From the NCBI GenBank assembly GCA_030599585.1, contig JAUVNS010000010.1, positions 1-64,000 on the forward strand: a stretch of DNA of 64,000 nucleotides. Reading direction: 5' to 3'. The translations under genes and the position numbers were made by a program. The notes under the pieces are model-generated. The model worked only from the letters and a program-made list of their open reading frames with translations. It had not been told where the DNA came from and ran no database searches. How positions within the stretch are numbered: position 1 is the stretch's first letter; every line of letters begins with the position of its first letter. Shown here in pieces: positions 11,298-21,287 of this stretch. Source of the stretch: Promethearchaeota archaeon. GTDB taxonomy: Archaea; Asgardarchaeota; Lokiarchaeia; Sigyniarchaeales; SOKP01.

Positions 11298-12239
11298 TTA
11301 CATCTTATCAATTAAATCGTTAATTTTTGAAATCACATCATCAGGAGCACTCGTAAATTTAAACACACCTTCTTCGATAGTGCCTTCTATCCCTTCGTCA
11401 ACTAACTCGTAAACGAGATTTTCAGCGTCTTCTTTAGCTCTGTTAAGAGCTTGGGCGAGCTTATCAATCGGTAAACTTTTTTGAAGCTTGATTAAACCCC
11501 GGACTCTCTTCTTTATTCGATCTGTATCGACTGAGCTTGATTTTACACTCGAAAGATCGATTTTTATTCTAGGTTTTTTCATTTTCTTTTTTCCCTCAAC
11601 ATTACGTTCGATTTCTTCAGCTAATCCTTCTATTCCTGATTCTTTAACCGCACGCTCAATACTCTCCCCCCATTCCTCTAGCTTTGAAAAATCTCCAATG
11701 TTATCTTTAACAAATTTCATAGATTTTCTAATTAATTCTGATACGGACGATCCTAACTCTTCGGACCAGTCCCTCCATTCATCGCTCGTATCGGAATCGA
11801 CAGAAATATTTATGCGTTTCGCAACTTTCTTCTGAGCTTTTTCTATTTTGTTTTTCATTTTGCTCAGATATTTCTCTCTTTGCTTATCCACTTTAGCTCT
11901 TACGCGCTCTAACTTTTCTTCAGCATCCTCAATTTGCCCTCTTTCGTTTTCTTTTATCTCATCTATCTCATCTTTAGTATCTTCGATTTCGCGTAAAATG
12001 TAATTTCTCTCATCCTGTAAATCCTCGAGTTCTTCTAAAAGTTCGTCTTTAATTTCTTCTTTTGTATCTCTCAAATCGTCTATTTCGTCTACGAGGTCTT
12101 CGTGTAAATCCTCTAATTCTTCCATAAGATCGTCCTTGATATCTTCCAGCGCCCATCTTATTTTATCTTTGATCTTTTCAATATCACGAATTTCTCGATC
12201 ATCTTTATCATTATTTCCTGATTCTTTATCCATATTCAT
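11298..12239 (-). CDS. Acidic coiled-coil + ribbon-helix-helix + C-terminal winged-helix (PCI-like) protein
   Basis: E/D-rich heptads; RINISVD...SVSELIRKSM (RHH); LPIDKLAQAL...LVYELVDEGIEGTI (wHTH). Confidence 0.6.
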   Translation of the reverse strand: MNMDKESGNNDKDDREIRDIEKIKDKIRWALEDIKDDLMEELEDLHEDLVDEIDDLRDTKEEIKDELLEELEDLQDERNYILREIEDTKDEIDEIKENERGQIEDAEEKLERVRAKVDKQREKYLSKMKNKIEKAQKKVAKRINISVDSDTSDEWRDWSEELGSSVSELIRKSMKFVKDNIGDFSKLEEWGESIERAVKESGIEGLAEEIERNVEGKKKMKKPRIKIDLSSVKSSSVDTDRIKKRVRGLIKLQKSLPIDKLAQALNRAKEDAENLVYELVDEGIEGTIEEGVFKFTSAPDDVISKINDLIDKM

Positions 12240-12313
12240 TCCTCTATCCTATTTAATGAATAATTCATAATTTTATATTGTATAACATTAAATTATTGCA
12301 AAAAAACATTGTT

Positions 12314-13009
12314 TTATTTTTCAATTCTGTATTCATTTTTTTCGGAAATTTGAATTGGTTCGTTAGCCAAAACCGCTTTTTCATGTACCTTAATGCTGTC
12401 AATATAATAAACATTTCCAGCAATCTCAGTTCGCTTTCCAATAACCACATGACGTCCTTTTACATCTCCTTCAACAATTGCGTAGTTAATGTCAACTGTA
12501 TCCACCCCATAAATACTTCCAGAGACAATATATGGGTGCTTAGCGCCTCGTTTACCCCTAATGGCGGTTTGGACACCGATCAATACATCATAAGCTTTGA
12601 TATCACCTCTAATCGTCGAAGAACCCTCAATTTCAATAATTTCATGTGAAACTAATTCACCCTCAACTTTAGATGAGCCAGAAAATCTTATTCCTTGATC
12701 TGCCTCAATTTTGGCTCCAGCTCTTAACGACCCTGAATTTCCAAATGTTCCATCAATCTTGGTGCTTTGACCAATTGTAGTCGAACCTGAAAATTTCGCG
12801 TTTCCTTTAGCTTTAAGGTTTCCGCTTAATCTGAATGAACCAGAGCTTTTAACATCGCCATGGACAGTTAAATCACCTTCTGCTCTCAATGAACCCGATG
12901 ATCTAAATCCTTCGCATTCAAAATCCCCCTCGATTTTAGCAGAACCTGATACAGCTAAAGAATCTTTTAATACCATTCCCGAAAGCTTTCCTGATCCTGA
13001 TATTTTCAT
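12314..13009 (-). CDS. Bactofilin-like polymer-forming cytoskeletal protein (YhbE/YhbF type)
   Basis: Repeating SGS-x-x-I-x-G beta-helix units; C-terminal AIVEGDVKGRHVVIGKRTEI; GAGGAG SD upstream. Confidence 0.8.
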   Translation of the reverse strand: MKISGSGKLSGMVLKDSLAVSGSAKIEGDFECEGFRSSGSLRAEGDLTVHGDVKSSGSFRLSGNLKAKGNAKFSGSTTIGQSTKIDGTFGNSGSLRAGAKIEADQGIRFSGSSKVEGELVSHEIIEIEGSSTIRGDIKAYDVLIGVQTAIRGKRGAKHPYIVSGSIYGVDTVDINYAIVEGDVKGRHVVIGKRTEIAGNVYYIDSIKVHEKAVLANEPIQISEKNEYRIEK

Positions 13010-13220
13010 TTTTATTTTTTCTCCTCAATTTTTTTTATTTTTTTTTTTTAATCTTGTTATTTATACATATTTTTAGTAAATTTGCTTAATATTTATGAAA
13101 ATAAATATCTCGTGTTATTACCTTGCCTTGATTGGCATTTTTTTGTTTTTAGTTTTATTATCGTAATTTTTAATACACATTATTAACACACTTACAAAAG
13201 TTAAAAAAATTCTTTAAAAT

Positions 13221-13307
13221 TTAATGGCTAACAAAAGAACTTGTTAAAACCTGGGAATATACTTTGCATTTTATGTCGTTTAATTCGATTTTTTTGTTGT
13301 AGGTCAT
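13221..13307 (-). CDS. Putative 28-aa small ORF (MTYNKKIELNDIKCKVYSQVLTSSFVSH)
   Basis: GGAGG SD 8 nt before the ATG; lies just downstream of a TTTATATA box; below the ORF-track cutoff. Confidence 0.4.
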   Translation of the reverse strand: MTYNKKIELNDIKCKVYSQVLTSSFVSH

Positions 13308-13385
13308 GATTATTTCCTCCAATTTGTTTTATTTTTTTTATTAATTTTTATTTTTTTGTTTCTAATTAGTATATTATTTTTTTCA

Positions 13386-13426
13386 TATATAAATATTTGT
13401 GTATTCGTGTGTATTGATTATGTATT
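13386..13426 (-). promoter_or_regulatory. TATA box with three phased T(G/A)TGTATT repeats
   Basis: TTTATATA on the - strand at 13386-13393; repeats at 13398, 13408 and 13419. Confidence 0.45.
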
Positions 13427-13613
13427 AAAAAATACTTATTCATTTTTAACCTTACTTACAAGCCTCGAGTCTTCTAAATCTGAAAAATTAAACACCTCAA
13501 ACACTTAAATCTGTATTTTTTTTTTTAAATATGGACATAAATTTATTTCCAATACTAATAGGTTTGAATAAATGATTTTTAGTATGCTATAATCATAATT
13601 TTGGAGAGTTACA

Positions 13614-14099
13614 GTGTCAATCAAAGCAAGCAGGCAGAAGAAAATTCTAAAGGAGCTGAAAAAGTATAACCGGTATGCTAAAATTTATCTTAGAAAAAAT
13701 TCTCTTGATTTTAAAACAGCATATAATAACTTTCAAAAGTCCGAGGCTTGGATTAAGGCAAAAACATTATTAATAGAGTATTTTTCTCTTGAAAATGAAA
13801 CACTTAGATGTCCGTTCTGTAAAAATGTATTAGATCCATATTATTCTACTCTTCACCACATTTTCTACGATAGTAAAAAATTATTCGACCCGAAATATGT
13901 TGATTTGGTCCATCACAATTGTCATGAACGATATCATCAAGATAACGAGATTCCCGGAACAAGAAAGCGTTTGAAGGTATACATTAGCTTTCGGGGCTTT
14001 AGGTTTTATATTCCTAAGATAGGAAAATTGTACATTCGACACGAATTTTGTGTTCTTCTAATAATTTTAATTATTTTTTTGGTATTTTATAGAAGATAA
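13614..14099 (+). CDS. HNH-like nuclease with C-terminal TM helix
   Basis: CPFC...LHHIFY...LVHHNCHERYH; hydrophobic C-terminus followed by RR. Confidence 0.6.
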   Translation: MSIKASRQKKILKELKKYNRYAKIYLRKNSLDFKTAYNNFQKSEAWIKAKTLLIEYFSLENETLRCPFCKNVLDPYYSTLHHIFYDSKKLFDPKYVDLVHHNCHERYHQDNEIPGTRKRLKVYISFRGFRFYIPKIGKLYIRHEFCVLLIILIIFLVFYRR

Positions 14100-14199
14100 C
14101 ATTTGGTGTATCAATTATATCGTTTCTTTGCATCATTTAAAGAATAAGGGCTCTCATACGACCGCTGTAGAAGACTAATTTGTTCAGAATTTTTGTATG

Positions 14200-15036
14200 T
14201 TACCATCGACTACCGATTCTGCCAGAGTGAAATCCTAAAAATAGACAGTAATAAATCCAATAATATTCTAAAAAAGAATCGATAGTACTGGAGGGAGTTA
14301 TTGACCAAGATGTTAAAAATCCAAGTAGTACTAATAAGATAATATTTAGGGAAATAAGGATGATAGAAAAAATTATTATTCTTTTCAAGGTTACTGCGAG
14401 CTGATTTGATTCATTAAACCTTGTTTTTACTTCTAAATAAAAGCCAAGTATAAGAAAGTTAGCCAATCCTATAAAAATCCAAAAAATGGTTCCAAAATCT
14501 TCCCCTCCTAGATAGGCAAACTGTCCCGCAACAATAAGACCAATAAAGAATATTGAAACCTCTATATAGAAGACAATTTTTACAACTGCGTTTTTCATCG
14601 ATTGTGTCAAGTTAAACCAATATGGGCTATTAGGTTTGGTAAACATAAGGGGAAAGATTATTCCTATACCAAAAGCTAAAACCGTACCAATTAAATTAAT
14701 AAAAACCTGTCTCATCCAATAATCCACTTGAACTACATCAAGGCTGTAAATGAAGCTCAATATAACTGCCAGTGCTATAACTATAAAACAAACAGGATAA
14801 TATTTGGGATTAACTTTGGGTACTGAGTTTGAATAGGATTCATAATTGTTATATTTTTCAGATATGTCTTGAAAACTTTGATATTTTTTGGGTTTAATCT
14901 TATGTGGCGATTTCATTGGTCCGAAACAAATATGAATCTCTGGCATCCTGTGCGCTCCACAGTAATGTTTCTGGCAGTATTTACACTTAAATGGTAGAGC
15001 TCCGATTTCCTCACCACAATAAAAACACTTCGGCAT
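14200..15036 (-). CDS. AN1-type zinc finger fused to a multi-pass membrane domain
   Basis: CFYC...PFKCKYCQKHYCGAHRMPEIHIC; about 6 TM helices. Confidence 0.8.
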   Translation of the reverse strand: MPKCFYCGEEIGALPFKCKYCQKHYCGAHRMPEIHICFGPMKSPHKIKPKKYQSFQDISEKYNNYESYSNSVPKVNPKYYPVCFIVIALAVILSFIYSLDVVQVDYWMRQVFINLIGTVLAFGIGIIFPLMFTKPNSPYWFNLTQSMKNAVVKIVFYIEVSIFFIGLIVAGQFAYLGGEDFGTIFWIFIGLANFLILGFYLEVKTRFNESNQLAVTLKRIIIFSIILISLNIILLVLLGFLTSWSITPSSTIDSFLEYYWIYYCLFLGFHSGRIGSRW

Positions 15037-15320
15037 TATTGTCTTAAAATGGCTTATTATATTTTTGTCTTATAGTAGCATTAAGATACTTTAAATATAA
15101 GTTATATTATTTCTTGGAGATAATTTGAAATTTTATCCTTCGGATTTTTCTAGCAGTCTTGATATAGGACTATACAATTCCGTGCTACTATGGTGTTCAT
15201 TCTTTACAATGATCTTTACTTATATGAGTTTAACATAAAGAAATTTACTTCCTCACAAAATAAATTTTTAATTGAATAAAATTAACATGAAAAAAAAGGT
15301 GGAATTATAAATTTTCAATA

Positions 15321-16268
15321 TTAAAGATGTGAATTAAGCCAATTAATTACATCCTGGTAAACTTCATCGCGGTTAATTTCATTAAAAATTTCGTGTCGAG
15401 CATCTTGGTAAAATTTAAAGGTGACATCCTCTATACCGTATTTTTTAAGGCGATTAATCATAGCGGTAACATGCTTTGTCTTGTTACCTATGACGCATAA
15501 CGAACCAGAAATGAAATGGATAGGTAAATCTAATGGAATGTTTTGTTCGAGCTTCGAGTCATAAATTTTCTCAAATCCGTAAAGGAACTCTAGCCAAAGA
15601 CTAGCAGGGCTTACAAATCCACACCAAGGATCGTCAATATATTTCTGAACTTCGTCTTTATCTCTGCTGAGCCATTCAAATCCCGTTGCACCTTCATCCA
15701 TATCCCAATCGTGGTTGTTAGATTTAAAGTTCATATCGTACATTTTTTGGCTTGGCTCATTAGGACCGCGTTTTTTAATATCGCTTTTAATTATGAGTTT
15801 ACCTGCTTTAACGACTAAGGCTCTCACTTTTCCGTTAGTGCCACTTAAGATAACACCTTTAAGTTCATTTCCCCAGTCCTGGATGTAATCTTGCGTTAGC
15901 ATAGAGCCCCAAGAATGACCCATTAAAAATATCGGCAAATCGGGATGTGCTTTTTTAATAATGTGTGTTAATTCGTGAATATCGTTTACTACGCCCCTCC
16001 ATCCATTTGGTCCTAAAACTCCAGCTTTACCCTTTAAAGTTTTTTCGGTCAAATCACCTGCAGTTCTCCCATGACCACGCGCATCTCCAGCGTAACATAA
16101 ATATCCTTCGGTGCATAAAGCCTCGGCTATGCGAGCGTATCGTTTAGCATGTTCAGCTAAACCGTGAACGATCTGAACAACAGCTTTAGGGGGAGTCTCC
16201 GGTTCCCACTTGTAGACGAATATTTCAATATTATCTTTATCTTCAAAAGTAAATGTAGAACTTTTCAT
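15321..16268 (-). CDS. Alpha/beta hydrolase, monoacylglycerol lipase/lysophospholipase family
   Basis: HGLAEH, RGHG, GHSWG nucleophile elbow, ARHEIFNE. Confidence 0.9.
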   Translation of the reverse strand: MKSSTFTFEDKDNIEIFVYKWEPETPPKAVVQIVHGLAEHAKRYARIAEALCTEGYLCYAGDARGHGRTAGDLTEKTLKGKAGVLGPNGWRGVVNDIHELTHIIKKAHPDLPIFLMGHSWGSMLTQDYIQDWGNELKGVILSGTNGKVRALVVKAGKLIIKSDIKKRGPNEPSQKMYDMNFKSNNHDWDMDEGATGFEWLSRDKDEVQKYIDDPWCGFVSPASLWLEFLYGFEKIYDSKLEQNIPLDLPIHFISGSLCVIGNKTKHVTAMINRLKKYGIEDVTFKFYQDARHEIFNEINRDEVYQDVINWLNSHL

Positions 16269-16350
16269 TTTTTATAACCTACTCATGTTTTTTTAAGAAT
16301 TAAATAATCATTGTTTAAGTTATGTTTATAATGTTACTATTTTGGGAATA

Positions 16351-17160
16351 CTAAGATGCGAGTTGTTGTTTTTTATTCTCTATCAAATCTGAATATTTCA
16401 TTAAATGTAACCGACGATTTTCCTCACTTAAACCTTCAATATATCTTTCTTTGATTCTATAATCAGAATATCTTCCCTCTGGAGGTTCTCGAAGCCATTT
16501 TTTTGATGTGAACTTTAGTCCCAAATACATCATCATTAATAGAAACATTATCGAATTGAAATAAGAATGCCCTCGGGAATAAGAAGGATATTCAGGGATC
16601 ACCATATTTATGCTGCTAAACTGGAAAAACAAAAATATTATAACACAAAAAAGTACCGCTATATTACCAATTTTACTGATTCTTGTTGTTCTATATCTAG
16701 CACCCCAATATTTTCCGTGATATCCATCAGTTTTATTACAATATATATTAATGAAACGAGCGTATTTTTTTCTTCTAAAAGGATTTTTTCCCCACATTAT
16801 TCCATCTCCACAAGCAATAGTGTCAAAAAGAAAGTGACCAAAATAAATGCCTATAACAGGGATTACAGAATTAAGAGGATTTGAACCCAAAAATATGTTT
16901 ATAATAAACATTATAATGAAAGGGATATATAAAAGTGGATAATGAGCAATAGAACTAAAATGATGCTGAAATTCGGTGTCAAGCTTAAATTTACCTCGCT
17001 TTCTAATATAAAATACAATTGCATCTAAATCAGGCAAAATTGAAAAGAAAATTATCATAGATATATAATAACTTGGCATTATAAAAGAACCGGTCCATAT
17101 TATATAGATAAAGTAATATATTAGGAACCCAAATGCTGCGTGTTGTTCAGTTCTGCTCAT
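16351..17160 (-). CDS. Membrane-bound metal-dependent hydrolase (YdjM-like)
   Basis: N-terminal H, LPDLD, HH...H, GHFLFD motifs with TM helices. Confidence 0.7.
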   Translation of the reverse strand: MSRTEQHAAFGFLIYYFIYIIWTGSFIMPSYYISMIIFFSILPDLDAIVFYIRKRGKFKLDTEFQHHFSSIAHYPLLYIPFIIMFIINIFLGSNPLNSVIPVIGIYFGHFLFDTIACGDGIMWGKNPFRRKKYARFINIYCNKTDGYHGKYWGARYRTTRISKIGNIAVLFCVIIFLFFQFSSINMVIPEYPSYSRGHSYFNSIMFLLMMMYLGLKFTSKKWLREPPEGRYSDYRIKERYIEGLSEENRRLHLMKYSDLIENKKQQLAS

Positions 17161-17328
17161 ATAATTAATTTAAGAAGTTTATTTATGTGTCAATTCTAAA
17201 TTACTAATAGAAAAAATACAAAAACCAAATAGAATATTAATATATGCTTAAAATTTCTTAGCCTTAGTAATTATAAGTACTGTATATTTAATTAGTTTAG
17301 AATAAGAGTTGGATTTAATATTAAGTTT

Positions 17329-18267
17329 TCATGATTTTGAATTAGGTTTTTTCAATTCAAAAGACACTATCGCAATATCTCGTATACCTATTTTTTCCGC
17401 AATTTTTCTTATATAATTAATTCTTCGCTTTTTGATAAGATCGTGTACGATAACAGCTGGAATTGTTGAGAAAATTAAATAGAATGGGAGTCCAAGCCAC
17501 AAAATAAGACTTGGTACATTGAGTATATTGCCTGGTTGCCCAATATTGTCTATGTACAAGGTAACAGAATCCAATATGACTATTGTATACGTTAAAATCA
17601 CGCCTATACCCGCATATCCCTTCAGTAGCGTTTGAAACCACTCTCCTATCGATTTTATCAATATGTGTTCATTTGAGTTCTCAACCTTTTCTTTAGTTGT
17701 AAATATAATACCAGAATCCTTTAAAAGCCAAACGGGAGAAAATAGTAAAGTAGATGCTCCAAAGGTTAAAATAAGCAAGATTGTTTGACCTAATAATCTG
17801 AGAAAAACAGGAATTTTCAAAGCGACTGTTAAATCTGAGATTACATTTGCATCAAGAATCATTGAGATTATTTCAGGAGTTAAAAAGTAAAAAGAGAGGT
17901 TAATAGCCATTAGAACTGCATAAACACTCGACCTAAGTAATTTGACTTTCTCACCGTTGGACTCAGATTGAATACCATAAAATTTGGATGACTTATAAAA
18001 ACCCTTATGGAAAATCATAATTATAGGAGATAGGATATATCCACCTAAAAATGTGCCGATTATACCTGATATCGGAAGGATTAAGACAAATACTAGAATA
18101 AGTTCTATTAATACGTCGTCGACAGGGATAAAATTAGTTAATGCTACTGGAGTACCATGTGGAAAAATTACACTTCTCAAAATGGATGTTAGAATGAACC
18201 AAAAAATGATATATAATACATAATAAATTAATAGATTTCTATACCTTGATAATTTGCTTTTTGGCAT
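17329..18267 (-). CDS. Hypothetical multi-pass membrane protein
   Basis: 312-aa ORF, about 6 hydrophobic helices. Confidence 0.7.
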   Translation of the reverse strand: MPKSKLSRYRNLLIYYVLYIIFWFILTSILRSVIFPHGTPVALTNFIPVDDVLIELILVFVLILPISGIIGTFLGGYILSPIIMIFHKGFYKSSKFYGIQSESNGEKVKLLRSSVYAVLMAINLSFYFLTPEIISMILDANVISDLTVALKIPVFLRLLGQTILLILTFGASTLLFSPVWLLKDSGIIFTTKEKVENSNEHILIKSIGEWFQTLLKGYAGIGVILTYTIVILDSVTLYIDNIGQPGNILNVPSLILWLGLPFYLIFSTIPAVIVHDLIKKRRINYIRKIAEKIGIRDIAIVSFELKKPNSKS

Positions 18268-18451
18268 GCCAGGAAACTCTTGAACAATTTTAGTGTTAGT
18301 TCTTTCGTATGTTAAATTAGTAATGTGTTAGATATAAAAATATAACTAGGGATTATAAGATATAAGACAATATTTGGATAATAGGATAGATAAGGTGTCT
18401 TTCAAAAATAAATACTCTGTGCAAATAGCCTTAAAATATTTATAGAGAAAC

Positions 18452-19525
18452 TTACACCAAATATAATGTTGGATCTTTTAATCCTAGATATTTCTCCACA
18501 ACATCTATAATTTCTTCTTTAGAACCGATATACCCAAATATTTGATGTTTAGCTTTACCTAGAGATGCACTATCAATTGTTTCAAATTGGTTTAATTGCA
18601 GTTCAATTTCTCCAAAATTCAAATGGGTTAAATCTGGAGATTCAGAATTATACGATTGAATCACTCCGACCTCACTATCCGGATGATCTCGAGCTACATC
18701 AAAACAATTTTTTTGCGATTTTGGTATATCATCTGAAATCTTAACCAAAAATCCGAATTCGTCAGAGTCTGGAATTTTAAGGATATATCCTATTTTAGCT
18801 GGTCGCGTAAAGTCGATATCTTCAGGTCTTATGGCGAGTTTGTAAATACCTGCGACATCTAATTTAAAAGCAACATAATTCGGTCCTATTTCCAAACGAT
18901 CTTCTGGAATATCTCGGAAGTAAGATAGTGGTTTAACATCAGATTTTGTTGGGATCAAAACTGTTCCGGGATTTGAAGGACCACCGCTTATTACGCAAGC
19001 CAAAGACCACCCGTTAATCTTCAATCCTGGTTGGAAGAAAACACAATCATCTACGAATTCAATACCGCAATAACTTAATCCGGTTGGAATTGGTTCTTTT
19101 TTTAAGGTAAGTTGGCGTGTTATTTCGCCGTTATATACATGTTTCAAAGTTTGTGATTCTACTGTTACCGGACTTGATAGCGTACATGAGTTTGAAGTTT
19201 CTGCCAAGATATCGTAATACGCAGGGTCTAATCCTTGAGGACAAAACCAATTTTCCCAATTTTGAGGATTTTTGTAAAAAAATTCTCTTTCAGGGCTAAT
19301 CCAATATCTATCTCCACCAATATCCCACTGCCTACTGTGAACTTTTTTTTTTATGGCGGGATTAATCCATAACAAGCTATAATTATCGTTCTTAGGGAAA
19401 AGTCCTAAAAGACGCCCTCCATATTCAGAAATAATCGCTGAACTTTCATTATTGAAATTTAATTCGACAACATTACCAATATCGTTCTTTTTGGAAAGCA
19501 ACGATTCTTTAGTGAAGTAGTTCAT
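18452..19525 (-). CDS. Conserved hypothetical protein, possible aldose-epimerase-like beta-sandwich
   Basis: YGGRLLG and WDIGGDRYWISPE motifs. Confidence 0.55.
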   Translation of the reverse strand: MNYFTKESLLSKKNDIGNVVELNFNNESSAIISEYGGRLLGLFPKNDNYSLLWINPAIKKKVHSRQWDIGGDRYWISPEREFFYKNPQNWENWFCPQGLDPAYYDILAETSNSCTLSSPVTVESQTLKHVYNGEITRQLTLKKEPIPTGLSYCGIEFVDDCVFFQPGLKINGWSLACVISGGPSNPGTVLIPTKSDVKPLSYFRDIPEDRLEIGPNYVAFKLDVAGIYKLAIRPEDIDFTRPAKIGYILKIPDSDEFGFLVKISDDIPKSQKNCFDVARDHPDSEVGVIQSYNSESPDLTHLNFGEIELQLNQFETIDSASLGKAKHQIFGYIGSKEEIIDVVEKYLGLKDPTLYLV

Positions 19526-19665
19526 ACTCTAAATTAAAATATTTTGACTAAAAGACTTTTCTGTTAAGTGTGGACTTTCGCTCATGGTACTATAAATTGT
19601 TATAATAAACTTTTTAATAATTTCCTAACATCATTTATTGTAAATTTTATATAGAGGAATCTAAA

Positions 19666-20646
19666 ATGATTGTAAAAGCTACTGATGAGTATTTAGCATT
19701 ATTAAACCAAGCTGTTGCCCGTGAAATTCAAGTTTCGGCACAATATATGCTACAACACACGAAAATGGAAAAATTAAAGCGGAAAGTGATCAAAGAAAAC
19801 TATCTATTGGAAAGTACGACGTACGATGAGTTTGGAGCATTATTGAAAGAATTAGCAATAACAGAAATGAAACATCTTGCACAAATAATGGAGCGAATTT
19901 ATATTTTAGGAGGAGAAGCAACTACTAAACCTGAAAAGGTTGTTATTGGGAATTCTATGAGAGAATTTGCCGAATTAAATTTAAGAGCAGAAGAAGAAGC
20001 ATTAGACTTATATCGCCATATAATTGAAGCTGCTAAAGGCATAGGAGATCGAGAAACATGGGTAATGTTTTCGAAGATATATAGCGACGAAGAAGAACAC
20101 TTATTGAAGTTTCAAGATTATTCAGAGATGGAAAATGAACCGAATTTAGGAGAAACGCCTGATTCTGAATGGAGATCCATATTCGGAGAAGAATATGTTG
20201 CTCTACTCAATAAAGCTCTCGCTAGTGAAATTTCCGCAGTTGTTCAATATACAACACAGCACGAAAAAGCTGAAGGGTTAGAACGGATGAGGCGGAAGAA
20301 GAATGCTTTAGAAGTAATTACGGGAAAAAACAAAGCTAGTGTCGTGTCAGGGGTTCTTAAAGAAACATTCCTTCAAGAAATGGATCACATGGAAAAAATC
20401 GCAGAGCGAATCTACGAAATAGACAGAGAATCTATAGCTACCGTTGATCCATTGCCTGAAGTTGGAAATTCGGTGAATGACTTTATAAAACTGGATAGAA
20501 AGGCGGAAAACTACGCTATTGTTTTATATAGAAAAGTTATAGCAGAAGCAACTCGACTTGGAGACATAAAAACTAAAAAACTTTTTGAAGAAATTATTCA
20601 AGACGAAGAATCCCATTATTGGTCATTTGATGACTTTCTACCTTAG
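19666..20646 (+). CDS. Tandem-duplicated ferritin-like (bacterioferritin-type) di-iron protein
   Basis: Two homologous halves, each with E...QY, EMxH and E-E-x-H (EEEH / EESH). Confidence 0.85.
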   Translation: MIVKATDEYLALLNQAVAREIQVSAQYMLQHTKMEKLKRKVIKENYLLESTTYDEFGALLKELAITEMKHLAQIMERIYILGGEATTKPEKVVIGNSMREFAELNLRAEEEALDLYRHIIEAAKGIGDRETWVMFSKIYSDEEEHLLKFQDYSEMENEPNLGETPDSEWRSIFGEEYVALLNKALASEISAVVQYTTQHEKAEGLERMRRKKNALEVITGKNKASVVSGVLKETFLQEMDHMEKIAERIYEIDRESIATVDPLPEVGNSVNDFIKLDRKAENYAIVLYRKVIAEATRLGDIKTKKLFEEIIQDEESHYWSFDDFLP

Positions 20647-20758
20647 GGATTTTCTTTTTTTTTCTTTTTTTTATAAATCAATTTTTTAAATTATTATAAA
20701 ATAATATTTAAACTAAGCTAGGATAATATTTCTTTAAACTAATTAAGGTGGTAAAAAA

Positions 20759-21127
20759 GTGCCGAAAGTTGTTCATTTTGAAATTAATGCTGATGATCCT
20801 TTAAGAGCAAAAAAGTTTTACGAAGATGTTTTTAACTGGAAAATTGAAAAATGGGAAGGCCCAATGGAATATTGGACGATTGATGCCGGAGACGAAGATG
20901 AAGAGGGGATAGATGGTGGATTACAGAAGCGAGAGCAATCTGAAGATCAAATTTTTAATTATATTAAAGTATCTTCATTAGACAATTTTAGTAAAAAAAT
21001 TGAAGAAAGCGGAGGAACTCTAGAATCACCCAAAATAACGGTACCAGGAGTAGGGGACTTTTACATGTTTAAAGATACTGAAGGAAATAAACTAGGTATC
21101 ATGCAAGAAGACGATTCAGCAGAATGA
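20759..21127 (+). CDS. VOC/glyoxalase family protein
   Basis: VVHFEI...AKKFYEDVFNW...FKDTEGNKLGI. Confidence 0.9.
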   Translation: MPKVVHFEINADDPLRAKKFYEDVFNWKIEKWEGPMEYWTIDAGDEDEEGIDGGLQKREQSEDQIFNYIKVSSLDNFSKKIEESGGTLESPKITVPGVGDFYMFKDTEGNKLGIMQEDDSAE

Positions 21128-21287
21128 GGAATTCTCAAAATAAAAACTTTTTTTATTTTTTATTTTTTATTTTTTATTTAAGATATCAATAACTTTAGTT
21201 ATTCAGAATTATGAACTCGTAAAACCCAGATCTAATAGTTAGGATTAATGATTTTTTCGTTTTCCTTCTGTAATTTCATAACCTGGT

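Noticed and set aside
12265-12649. Overlapping 61-aa and 123-aa ORFs
   Set aside because: Shadows of the bactofilin gene with no recognizable motifs
13121-13631. 14/18 inverted match between 13121-13138 and 13614-13631 as terminal inverted repeats
   Set aside because: Short and imperfect, with no target duplication or transposase; likely chance
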